NCBI RefSeq assembly: GCF_006345805.1
Contig: NC_043007.1
Coordinates: forward strand, 56,420,001 to 56,484,000
Reading direction: 5' to 3'
Length of the DNA stretch: 64,000 nt
Source of the DNA: Octopus sinensis
Lineage: Eukaryota
A model generated the notes under the pieces. The model saw nothing but the letters and a program-made list of their open reading frames with translations. It made no database searches and was not told the DNA's origin. Both the position numbers and the translations under genes were made by a program. Shown here piece after piece: positions 38,614-50,682 of this stretch (positions are counted from its first letter, which is position 1; each line of letters starts with the position of its first letter).

Positions 38614-38969
38614 CTCGAAGTACATATAAAGCAATAAATAATAGCAAGTACATGCCATTATTTATAGCTTTATATGTACTTCAAGAATTAAATCCAAAAC
38701 AGGAATTCTTTTTCAAGAATTAAATCCAAGATAGGAATTCTTTCACATTCCCTCGAGAGTTTATATTCTCTTATGATATCAACAACATGCAATTCTCGCT
38801 AAGAATAAAGTTTATAAAATGGGTAGAGAAATTTGAAGGATTGTTTTGGTGCAATGATAGAACGCTTATGATGACTACGAAGAGATGTGGCTTCGACTTT
38901 TTCTATCCAAAAGGGATTTTCGTCCCAATATTTACATGGTATTATGTATAGCTTTATATGTACTTCGAG
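38614..38969. repeat. Foldback/MITE-like unit with a 66-nt hairpin and 19-bp terminal inverted repeats
   Basis: ctcgaagtacatataaagc (38614-38632) pairs with 38667-38682 and with 38951-38969; tandem ~32-bp duplication at 38680-38743. Confidence 0.6.
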
Positions 38970-40237
38970 GCCCAAATTTCAAAAACAGAAAAAAATGTTC
39001 CGCGTACTCTCGAGACTTTAGAAATTCTTCAAACGTCAACAAAATAAAAAATAATAAAATCAATGACAGTCTCTTCAGAATTCATTTTCCAAACCGAAGT
39101 CTTGAAAATCGCTCTACAGATAAATCTTGCGTGAGGTTCAGCTAGAATTTGTAATGTTTCCAATTCTATCTTGTGCTGGTGTTTCAATTCTCAAATGTAT
39201 ATTTACGAACTGCGAACATTAACTTTAACTATCTTTAGCATACACTTTCTAATTTAAACAGTGACACTCATTATATGATATATTAGCAATTGCATTCATG
39301 AGTGAGCATGTATCGTCTTGACTTAGATAATTATCATTAGCTCATTAGCAATTATTTTCTAATTTATGGCTTTCTATCTTTATACACTATGATTCATTTA
39401 TCGCAACTTTTCCATGTTTAATGATTTAACTATCACTTTTAGCAGCTCCAGTGACCATATGCTGATTTTGTTGGCCAGTCGCTTCGAAAGAAAAATTCGT
39501 GATCTCACGCCTCTTCCTAGCTATTTTTTTTCTTTTTCGTGTTTTTGTCATGTTTAGTATTCAAGTTTGTCATACATCTAAAATTAGTTTTCTATAAAAA
39601 TACTTAATTTTTTTTTTTTTAATTCCATATTTTCACCTCTGCAATCCTTATCAACCCCCTTCTTTCCGTAGTTGCTTCTGAATAGCAATTATGATGAAGC
39701 CGATTTTTAGAATATATATTTGTCATCATTTTTAGTACACCTGCCGTTAACATTTTCTTTGAAAAAGTTCTCCAGAATTCGCATTTTCCTATTCTTTTAA
39801 CCCCTACCCACCAAACTCGTTATCTTCCTTCTATATTTCCGTCTTTTTCCCTCACTCTGTACTGTTCATGTTTCTTTTACACGTGAAATTAACAAATCTG
39901 GAAAATTCTACTGTTTTTCATTACATCCTAAGTTGAGTCTTTTTTCTTTTAGATTATGGGGGACAATGTTTGAATTTAACTTTTTAGTTCGTTTTTTTGA
40001 CACCACAAAAGCATTTTAAACTTTAATTTTTAGCCCTTCCCCACTCCTCACTAAATTTCTTTAACATTTACTTTTTTTCGAAATCTATTGTGAATCAACG
40101 TTTTTTTAACAGTTTTACCTTTATTCATTTTTTACTTCAAAATAATTTTTAAAATTGAAAATTAAAAAGTTGAACATTATTTCGCGCATTTAAACATCTT
40201 TCTCCCCCCTCTCTCTCCCCTATACATATGTATGTGC

Positions 40238-40276
<39 letters not shown>

Positions 40277-40624
40277 CGTGCGTGTGTAGATACACAAACA
40301 AACGATGTCGCACACGTTAAAATATAACTTTTATCCTATCTTATATTTGCTAATTTTTTTATATTTTTGTTCGTTGTGTTCGCTTTTTTAATCGTTTTTC
40401 CATCGTAATTGTTTATTTTAATCCTTTTATTTCATTTTATCTATTCACTACCTTTTTCTTATTATTGTATTAATTGTTTATAATTGTATTAATTTATCCC
40501 TTCAATTTTAATTTTTTATCTTGTATCTGTTATTTTTTATTTATTTATTATTATTTTTTATTTTTATTGGGTATTTTTTCCTTTATTCTCTATTGTTTGT
40601 ATCAATCTTATTTTATTTTATTTC

Positions 40625-41140
40625 TATATAAACAAACATAAACACACGCACACATACATATACACGTACACACACGCACATGCATACACTCACGCGCACA
40701 CATGAACGCACATATACATCCCACGCACACTATACGCACAACACATACATAAAGGCACACACATACACACACGTACATACACACACACACACATAAACAC
40801 ACGTACGCATACGTGTATGCGCGTGCATATATATACACACACACACGCACACAGACATGAATGCACATATACCTCCTACACATGGCGCACATGCACAACA
40901 CACACACATACATACACATACACACACGCGTACATACACGCAGGCATACACACGCACATACGCTCACAGGAACGCATGTATACTTCAACACACACAACCC
41001 ACGCACACACACACAAACATACGCGCACATGCACACACACGCACATATACATGCACACACGCACACCCAACTACACGCACATACACACACGCACATACAT
41101 GCACACACGCACATACACACGCACACATGCATATACACAC
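40625..41140. repeat. Degenerate (CA)/(CACG)/(CATA) microsatellite array
   Basis: Read directly. Confidence 0.95.
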
Positions 41141-41752
41141 ATATATCTCCTCTTACTCTCTGCTAACTTAGAACTCTTTCGCTTTTGTGCTTTTTCCCCT
41201 TTCTTATTCTTTTACCTCCTCGTCTCCCACTATTCTATCCTATTACTCTGCCACTCTCTCTTTCTCACACCTCCTCCCTTGCTCGCGTGGATCCCACGTG
41301 ACTATCGGCCATTTTTCTTTCTTTCTCTCTGTTGTAGCTGGAACAAGGAAAACGTCTTCTTGTTTGTCTTCTGTCCTAGCTTGATTTACGCGTTCGCCAC
41401 CACAACCTCGTATAGGCTTAGCAGCTCTTCCTGTTTGTTTTCACTGTCCTGTTTGTGTTACCAATTTTGATCCTCTGCAAAATCCCAAATTTTATTTAAT
41501 TTGCTTTGCAGGAGCAACTGTTTTATTGAAAGCGTATATTGTTGTTAAATGCACGAAATACGAGACTAGAAAAACAGCCAACAACTGATGAAGGGACGTT
41601 CTTATGTTGTTTGTTTTGTTTTCCATTTTTGTCTTTCGTTGCTTGAAAGAATAGTTCATGTTCCATGTACTCGTGCTTGTATTTTTGTTGTTGTACACGT
41701 TTCGTGACGTCCTGTGCCCACATATGCATGTATATATACGTATAAATGTATG

Positions 41753-41807
<55 letters not shown>

Positions 41808-41944
41808 CGCGGAGTAGATGAAACAGGGACAACTTAAGAAGGGGAATATTCCTTGTGTTGTATGTGTCGTTTCTCATTGTGTTCAACGTTTTTTTGATGT
41901 CCTGTACCCATATGCGCATGTATATATACATACATATACATAAC

Positions 41945-42262
41945 TGTTACTTTGTCGGTTACGACATCGAGTGTTCTAGTTGATTCGATCAATGGAACAG
42001 CTTCCTCGTGAAATTACTGTGCAAGTTGCAGAGCATTCCGCAGAAACGCGTACCCTTAACGTAGTTCTCAGAGAATTCAGCGTGATACAGAATGTGACAA
42101 AGCTAGCCTTTTGAAATACAACTACTACTCATTTTTCCAGCCGAGTAGACTGGAACAACGTGAAATAAAGTGCCTTGCGCAAGGACACAGCGCTCAGCCG
42201 GGAATTGAACTCAGAACGTTATGATCGTGAGCCGAATACCGTAACCACTAATCCATGCTTCA
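41945..42262 (-). mobile_element. Octopus SINE family C
   Basis: tRNA-like head (gtggttacggtattcggctcacgat...gagttcaattcccgg) followed by gtgtccttgcgcaaggcacttt; homologous to 49400-49725. Confidence 0.8.
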
Positions 42263-42303
42263 TATATTGTTTGTTTTGCAAAATAGTGGTTTTGTCTCTA
42301 ATA

Positions 42304-42391
<88 letters not shown>

Positions 42392-42407
42392 CATACATAT
42401 ATATATA

Positions 42408-43677
42408 CGAGGGACGTTCAATAAGTAAGCCCCTAACCCACTTCCCATAGCAGTAGAGCAACGAAACTTGGCACAGTTATTAGTCTTTTTCTACATAGAA
42501 ACCACCCAGAGTTACGCATTTCCCCCATTGTTTGATGCAGTTCTGGATACCGTTCTTGTAGAAGACCCCAGCTTGTTCTTCCAACCACGACATGACTTCA
42601 GTAATCAAGGCTGCATCATCTGGGAAACGTTTTCCTTTCAAAAACAACTTAATGGCTGGGAAGAGGTGAAAATCAGAGAGTGCATGGGGGAGGAGTTCAT
42701 AGCCGCACGCCTGTGCTTCTGATCTGGCGACACGCGAGTTGTGAACCGGAGCGTTGTCCTGCAGGAGGAGGATGCTTTGCTGATCTTGCCCTGCCTCTTG
42801 ATTTTGATAGCTTCTCTTAATTTCCTAAAAAGTGAAGCATAATAGGCTCCTGTAATTGTGGTACCTTTTGCCAGGAAATCTGTCATCACTACTCCGTCCT
42901 GATCCCAGAAGACTGTGAGCATGACCTTGCCAGTGGAGGGCTGCACCCTTGCCTTCTTTGGAGGAGGTGAATCACGGTGCTTCCACTGCATTGACTGGGC
43001 TTTGGTCTCTGGATCATAGTGATGGACCCAGGTTTCATCCTGTGCAATCAGACTTTTGAAAAATTTTGACTCATTCTCTTGGCACATCTCCAAATTCACC
43101 CTCGAGCACTCGACGCGTTCTTGCTTCTGGAAAGGTGTGAGCAACCTGGGAATCCATCTGGCAGACACCTTTTGCATATGCAAATGGTCATGAATGATAG
43201 TTTCCACAGACCCGGTACTAATCTTGACCTCATGGGCTATTTGGCGAATAGTTATGCGTCGATCTTCCAAAATGGCAGCCTCAACTTGACAGACAGATGC
43301 CTCATCAATGGCAGAGAAGGGGCGACCAGATCTGGGAGCTGTTTCCACAGAGTTCCGACCATGTTTGAATTCACGATACCAGCGTTTTACAAGGTCATAT
43401 GATAGGGCATCATCACCATAAGTTACTTTCATTTCATCAAAAGTCTCCCGTGGTGTGCGTCCTTTCAAATACAAAAACCGGATCACTGCTCAACACTCAA
43501 CAGGCTCCATTTCAGACTTGACTCAGTTCAAACACCTGTAAATCAGAAACCACAATTAGTTCAGAGCTGTAATTTGCAACCTAATCTATAGAGATATAAG
43601 TAATTGCACATGCAAAATTTCAGCTAGATCAAATAACTGCATGTGGGTCAGAGGTATTACTTATTGAACGCCCCTCG
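42408..43677 (-). mobile_element. Full-length mariner (DD34D) with 21-bp TIRs; transposase 42480-43510 disrupted by one stop, a frameshift and loss of the PPYSPDLAP motif
   Basis: TIR CGAGGG(A/G)CGTTCAATAAGTAA (20/21 identical), TA flanks; RWIPRLL, QDETWVHHY, QDNAPVH, SDFHLFP. Confidence 0.95.
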
Positions 43678-43682
43678 TATTA

Positions 43683-43842
43683 TATCGACCCTAGTACTCA
43701 ACTGGTTCTCATTTAGTCAACCCCGAAACAATGAAAGGCAAAGCCGTTCTCGGCGGAATTTGAACTCAGAACGTAAAGACAGACGAAATGCCGCTAAGCA
43801 TTTCGCTCCGTGATCTGATGATTCTAACAGCTTGCTGCCTTA
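43683..43842 (-). mobile_element. Family A SINE, partial
   Basis: cggcggaatttgaactcagaacgtaaagacagacgaaatgccgctaagcatt. Confidence 0.8.
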
Positions 43843-44057
43843 AATCAGGATAATATTAGTTATTGTTACATCAAGTGACCAAAAATCTGTTAAATCTAGT
43901 CAGAAAAAAGTTCAGTTTGGATGACTTCAAAATGAATGTACCAGATGTAAATGTCTTTTTTCTATTTTCTGTTTTTGTGTATGTGTGAAAGAGAGGGAGA
44001 ACGAAAGAGAGAACGAGAGAGAGAAAGAGAGATGAAAAGTATATATTTTCTGAATAT

Positions 44058-44465
44058 AGGCGTGACTGTGTGGTAAGAAGTTTGCTTCCCAACCACATGA
44101 CTCCATGTTCAATTCCACTGTGTGGTACCTGGGGTAAGTGTCTTCTACTGCAGCCGCGGGCTTTGTGATTGGATTTGGTAGACAGCAACTGAAATAAGCT
44201 TGTGGTATATAATATGAACGTAGGTATGTGTTTGTATGTGTGTGTCTTTGTATCTTTGTTTGTCCTCCATCACTGCTTGACAACCAGTTTCTGTGTGTTT
44301 ATGTGCCCGTAACTTAGCGATTCAGCAAAACAGTCCGAAAGAATAAGTACTAGACTTTAAAAAAATAAGTATTAGAGTCATTTCATTCAACTAAAAGTTC
44401 TTCAAGACGGTGCTCCAGCATGGCCTGTCTGATGAGTGAAACAAGTAAAAGATAACAGATAAAAG
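44058..44465 (+). mobile_element. SINE family B, full length
   Basis: ggcgtgactgtgtggtaagaagtttgcttcccaaccac...ggtgctccagcatggcc...gaaacaagtaaaag. Confidence 0.85.
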
Positions 44466-44898
44466 ATACGTCTATTGCTGCATCCAACAGAGTGCAATGT
44501 GTAAATGAGAAATAGAATAATAAATTTGAACTGAAGATTGCATGTGATAGAACATCGTTTTACGCCGTCTGACGGACGTTCTTTCGGTTATGTCTAGTCT
44601 CTAGAATGTTCTTTTGGTGTATAATCACAATGTACAGTGGTAAATGTGTGATGTTTACGAATGACTTATCACAGATGCTAAACGATATTATCATTAGCTG
44701 AAACAGATGACGAAAGGTGATTTATCTTTATTTCACTAAGACATGTTTTAGGCTCCACTTTTGACCGATGAAGAGATGATCTGTTGTAACATTATCTCTT
44801 CATCTTATGTTTAATTCGTAGATCTGATGACGTACTAATTCAACTTGCACAATATTAGTTAAATGCTCTATATATTCATGTATGCATCTGTTTGTGTA

Positions 44899-44986
<88 letters not shown>

Positions 44987-45674
44987 CGTGCGTGCGTGTG
45001 TGTGTGTGTGTGTGTGTGTTCTAGACACCTTTACCTTTCTTTGAATTACTTGCATGGGACCTTCATGACGTGGCTGAAGTACTACAAGTGTATTAAAGTC
45101 AGAGAATCCTAGTTTGAAGAAGATTAGAGTCTTGGACTTATTTGTAATCTTATCTGAAATAGTCTAAAATCTTCTGGAATGCACCTTGTTTCTGAATAGA
45201 CTGTTCAAGCCTGACATAAATTTTTATAGATCTTGAGATAATAGGTGTAAAAGGTTGATCCTTATTTTTTGAAATGATACAGAATGGAATGTAGTCCAAC
45301 ACTCAGGGATGCAAACTATATACATATATATATATGGAAGAAAGTCTGCTTCAGTGCAGTACAAAATGGGGCCACTGTCCCGAAAAAATGGCTCACTGGT
45401 TGCAGATCCTATAGAATAAATGAAATACTGAATGTGCAATACAAAAGCGTTTTCACGACTCCGTTGAGACAGTTGCAAGTAGCCATGCCTGGTGAATTAT
45501 TTGGACCACTGCTCAACACAAAGGGATGGCTATTATCGATTACATCGAGATATAGGAAACGGCTGTAATATTAGCCAGTCATTGTGGAAATGAGCTTCAA
45601 CTCACCCACAGACCCTGATGGATTCCTGGCAATCTTCCTAAAAATGCAAATGAATCCTATGAAGAGCACATCAT

Positions 45675-45717
45675 CAGTTCTGCTTACCAAAAGTGGCCCA
45701 CTTGGCACCGTGCATTC
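45675..45717 (-). rRNA. 43-nt fragment of 28S rRNA (not a gene)
   Basis: The reverse complement gaatgcacggtgccaagtgggccacttttggtaagcagaactg matches the conserved LSU segment I recall as GAATGCGAGTGCCTAGTGGGCCACTTTTGGTAAGCAGAACTG. Confidence 0.85.
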
Positions 45718-46993
45718 TTCCTAAAAATGCAAATGAATCCTATGAAGAGCACTGCAGATCTTCTTCCAATGCTTCTTTGCAAGTGGTAGAACTCCCAGAA
45801 AATGAATGTGAGGCCTAATACAGGATGTAGTAGAGCAGAAATTATAGGCCTGTTTCTCCAACCTCACATGTCAGTTACGTCAAGGGACGCATTGTCAAGA
45901 AGAAGCTGATCACGTTCTTAGCAGACAAATACTTGTTCCCTGACACCCAGCATGGCTTCCACTCAGAAAGAAGCTGCCTTACACAACTTCTGCAGCATCA
46001 TGACTGGGTGTTAAAACAATTTGTGTATCGCTCAAACGTGGATGCGACATATCACGATTCTGCAAAGGCCTTTGATAAGCTTGATCATGAGATAATATGT
46101 TACAAGCTACAGAGACTCAGCATAGTCGGAAAACTGGAGAGTGGTTAAATATTTTCTTAAAAGACAGAAACCAGGCTGTGGTAGCCAATGGAGCCTTCTG
46201 AAAGTAGACTGAAAGAAAGAGTCGAGTGCCTCATGGATATGTCTTGAAGCGCTGCAGTTTGAGATGGCTCTCTCGGACATGCTATCTGTTACAGTCACAC
46301 CTACTAGCTATGCACAAGCAGTCAAGGTTCCCCTCGACGTTAATCTTCTACTCAAAAATTTAGGTGTCATACATAAACGGGCTGGAGAAAACAACTAGCA
46401 ATTTAATGTAGAAAAATTTCAGGCCTTCCGATATGTTTGTGCTAACATTTCACAACAAAGATTTTTTGGGCCAAAAGGAGCGGCAATCCCAGAGTCAAAC
46501 ACAGTGCATGATCTGGGGATTGATATCAGCAGCGATGCCTCGTTCCATGTACATATAAGCAAGGCAGTGGCAATGCGCAGACGATGGCCAGATGAATTCT
46601 GAGAACTTTCAGAACAAGGGACCAGGAAGCTATGCTGGTTCTTTTGGAGGAAATATGTCCTTAGCTACCTGGACTACTGCTCTCAGATATGATCACCCCA
46701 CGATGTCAAAGTAGTAATGAAACTCGAGGTAGTTCAGTGGAGCCACCAGGATGATTGCACCAATGGAACAGTGAAGTTATTGGGAGAGACTAAAAGAAGT
46801 ACAACTCTTCTCCCTGGAGTAAAAGTAGGAAAGATATGAGGTGATATACATTTGGAAGATCCTACAGGGTTTCCAGCCCGTAGACATGACACTGCTGCAA
46901 TATTCCAGAGGTTCAACCCATACAGACAGGAGCAACGGCCTTGGCATTACAATAGACTGGGATTCAAAGGCCCACAGCTATTTAATTTAATAT

Positions 46994-48072
46994 TGTTACG
47001 GAATCACCCGTCGCCGCTCGCCCGAACGGGCAAGTTCGCCACGGAACCCAGAGAGAGGAGAGGAGAGACACAACAACAACAACTGCAGCAGCACAGAGAT
47101 ACAGAGGCACAACCGAGAGAGACACCAAAAGAGGCAAGGCAAAACGGCAACACTGGCTTACATTCAACAACAGTTTATATGACAATCAATTGTTACAACA
47201 TCAAGATACATCAAAGCATTTAAGGGAAACAAATCAATACATCATACGGGTATACCACAGATCAAAGCATTTAACAACATGCATGTAACATTATAACAGT
47301 GTTCAGTAACGACACAACAAGTCCAGATCAAATAATGTTCACGATACGTCACAGTCCAATCAGAACACTTCGATACATTATACAATGTTCGTATCACAAC
47401 AATTCACGTTACAATTCAACAAGTCCTTTACTCAATTCACAATGTTCTTTATCGACTACATCGACAGAGTCCTTCTTTTTCTCCCTTCTTTCTCTTCTTT
47501 TCTTTTACATCGTGACACGTATCAATACACAATCACATACCTTAATTCCTAACTGAATCGCCAGTGTTCCATTCTGCACTCATCTCTCAATACTGCTAAA
47601 TCCAGCCTGCCAAACTCCTGCATCCCAACTTGCTTCTAAGATTCCACCGCTTGCTCCTAAGATTCCAGAATCCGACTGTGTTCTTCGACGACCGACTCCC
47701 GACTGCCAAGACCTCACTTCCTCTCTAACTGCCCTGCTCCCCTACTGCCTATCTCTATCGCCTCAATCTGTCCCTTAGCCTTATACTCTATCTCTCTCAC
47801 TACTTTTCTTCTCTCTGCCCCTCATCCTCTCTTACTGCCAATACCCTCTCTATCTGCTCTTAGATTCCCTACTCTATCTTTCTCACCACTTTCCTTCCTC
47901 TTCTCCAAGGGGTGTTTAGAACGACCTCTAATCGACCGCACAAGGCCAGAAAGGTCCATCCAAAAGCCATCAGTCTCCCAGTAAACAAAGGACTGTCACT
48001 TTTCTTCCAGACGTGCCGGCACCACACCCAAAATGGGTCACCAAGAAACTGCACTTAGCCAAACTCATAACA
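46994..48072. mobile_element. Solo LTR (1079 bp)
   Basis: Ends TGTTA...TAACA with a 4-bp ATAT TSD (46990-46993 and 48073-48076); the host LINE is contiguous when it is removed; no coding remnant recognised. Confidence 0.85.
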
Positions 48073-49399
48073 ATATCTTGTAGAAAAAATCTGAGAGATA
48101 TAAATGGAGTTGGGGTAGATGATTTCAAAAACTAACTTGACAAAACCTACATTATGGCAAGAAACTCAAAAGTGAACAAAAGCCAATGATATGAGAAAGG
48201 CCATTGAAAATGTGATGTTACTGGCGGTGCCCCAACATGGTCACAGGTTTTGGGCTGAAACACATGAAAGGATAAATATATATAATATAAGTGTTTTGTA
48301 TGTGTGTGGAGAGAGAAGGGGGGGGGGAGAAAAGGCAAGGACAGAAAAAGAGAAAGAAAGATAGTGAAGTAGGTAAACACAATTAGGCTTGATGTATATA
48401 TGACTATTTACATAAAGCACAAATAACAGACTATAAATTAGAGGGAAAATCTATTGAGAAAAATTATATAATGTCTTATCTCCACAAATGTTTGAGAGGC
48501 TAAGAGTTATGTAATAACTATAATTCACAGCTGATATGCAGATAATATCATAGATGTGGACCTTTGCTCAATATGTAAAATTATTATAATTTCTTATCGT
48601 CGCTAAGATTCTTTCTTTCTCACTGTACTTTTCTTTTTTTCTACTATTCCCACTCCTCTATCTCAACGCTTAATTCTCCTATGGCTCTTTGTCTATTACC
48701 TCTGATGCTCCGAAACGCCTTTATTGTCTAATAACGACTACATTGACAACCCTCGAGGCTAGTGATTACACATTCATCCGGCAAGCTATTTAACTTTAAC
48801 TTCTGATCTTTATATCTTGACTTTATACGTCCGTTTTTCATCTTATTTTGCGTCTTAACTACTCCGTATATCTCACTATTTCCGTTTACTTCCTCTCTTC
48901 TTCTTTTAAACCATTATATCTGTAAAAGCTACTAGATGACTCACATTTGCCAATCTACTCTTGAGAAGGGAGACCTCACTAAGTGTAATAACTTCATCTG
49001 GACTCGTTTCTAGTCGCACACCAATGACATCGTGCGCATGTCACCTTCGAATTATGGCCCCACGAAACAGCTGTCGAGATAAAACACTATATAATTTTTA
49101 TATGTTTTTCGTTATTTCATAATCTGGATTTTGGGCTCCATGCAAATATATCTATTGAGAACTATATAGATAGATAGATGGATATGCATACATGCATACA
49201 TACATACATACATACATACATACATACATACATACATACATACATACATACATACATACATACGTACATAATACATACATACGTACATAATACATACGTA
49301 CATGCATACACACATACATACATACATACATACATACATACATACATACATACATAATACATACATACGTACATACATACATACGTGTGTAAGTATATA

Positions 49400-49725
49400 C
49401 AGCTGGCACTTCATCGGTTACGACGACGAAGGTTCCAGTTTATTCGAACAACGGAACAGCCTGCTCGTGAAATTAACGTGCAAGTGGCAGATCACTCCAC
49501 AGACACACCTACCCTTAACATGGTTCTCAGGGAGATTCTGCGTGACACAGGATGTCAGAAGGTCAGCTCTTCGAATTGCAGGTACAACTCACTTTTGCCT
49601 GCTGAGAGAAATGGAGCAATGTGAAATAAGCGTCTTGATTAAGGTATAACGCGCCGCCGGGAATCGAACTCTCGACCTTACGATCGAGAACCGATTAGCC
49701 TAACCACTAAACCATGTGCCTTCAC
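49400..49725 (-). mobile_element. Octopus SINE family C
   Basis: Homologous to 41945-42262; follows (TACA)n at 49196-49384. Confidence 0.8.
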
Positions 49726-49762
49726 TGCATATGTGTGTGTGAGTTCGCGCGTGCGTGTATAC

Positions 49763-49793
<31 letters not shown>

Positions 49794-50279
49794 TATACAC
49801 AGACATATATATATATGCATTGAGAAATAGAGAGAAGAAAAGAAATACTCATAAATTCCTACGTACATACACGGATGTAGAAATAAATTGATATATGCGC
49901 TCTTAGATAAAAGAATAACTAGATTCAGTGTGATCGATATAAAAGGAAATCTGTTCAATGGATAAGAAGAAAAAAACTGTTGAAGCTTCATAGACACAGA
50001 ACTAGTTGACAAAAAGAAGAATAACAACTCATTAACACACCTAAACTGTTTTCCATTTAGATGTGTTAATGAGATGAGTATTGTGATACTTTGCATATGA
50101 ATTTATTGCAACATAAAGAGAAATGAAGAAAAAGTTTGTGTATGCGTATGCCTGTGTATTTGTGTGAACATGAAGGCACATAGAAAGGAAGGGTCAAGCA
50201 GATGTGCTTTGGAAAAAAATAATGAGTCACATCAAATATAGATGGATGTTGGAAACTGAAGTGATCAATAACATAATAT

Positions 50280-50682
50280 CAGTTTCAAATTTTGACACAA
50301 GGCCAGCAATTTGGGGCAAGGACGTAAGTCGGTTACGTCAACCCCAGCGCTCAATTAATATTTATTTTATCGAACCTGAAAGGGATGAACGGTAAAATCG
50401 ACCTCGGTGGAATTTGAAACTCAGATTATAAAGACAGACGAAATACCTATTTCTTTACAACCCACAAGGGGCTAAACACAGAGAGGACAAACAAGGACAG
50501 ACAAACGGATTAAGTCGATTATATTGACCCCAGTGCGTAACTGGTACTTAATTTATCGACCCCGAAAGGATGAAAGGCAAAGTGGACCTCGGCGGAATTT
50601 GAACTCAGAACGGAGCAGCAGACGAAATACTGCTAAGCATTTCGCCCGGCGGGCTAACGTTTCTGCCAGCTTGCCGCCTTCA
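50280..50682 (-). mobile_element. Chimeric dimer of family A SINEs (complete copy 50435-50682 joined to a headless older copy)
   Basis: Junction at cagacgaaatac, a motif that is also internal to the SINE. Confidence 0.8.

Larger units (their letters stand above)
45410..48276 (+). mobile_element. CR1-type LINE 3' portion (degraded RT), interrupted by an rRNA fragment and a solo LTR
   Basis: PDGFPAIFLK, NYRPVS, QHGFHSERSCLTQLL, AKAFDKLDHE, FNVEKFQ, LDYCSQ, GPQLFN; the frame resumes after the LTR (LRDING..DDFKN*LDK); 3' tail ggcggtgccccaacatgg...ctgaaac. Confidence 0.88.

Noticed and set aside
42638-43486. 282-aa ORF as an intact or domesticated transposase
   Set aside because: Upstream stop, frameshift before the second catalytic D and deletion of the YSPDL motif; an ordinary dead copy.
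44422-44452. CTGATGA-gt-GAAAC-aa-GTA hammerhead-like string
   Set aside because: It is a mutated SINE B tail (other copies read gtcaaatgactgaaacaa); stem II and stem I are absent.
48692-48735. ctgatg-ctcc-gaaac...gtc hammerhead-like string
   Set aside because: A9 and stem II are missing and stem III is weak; at best a decayed remnant.
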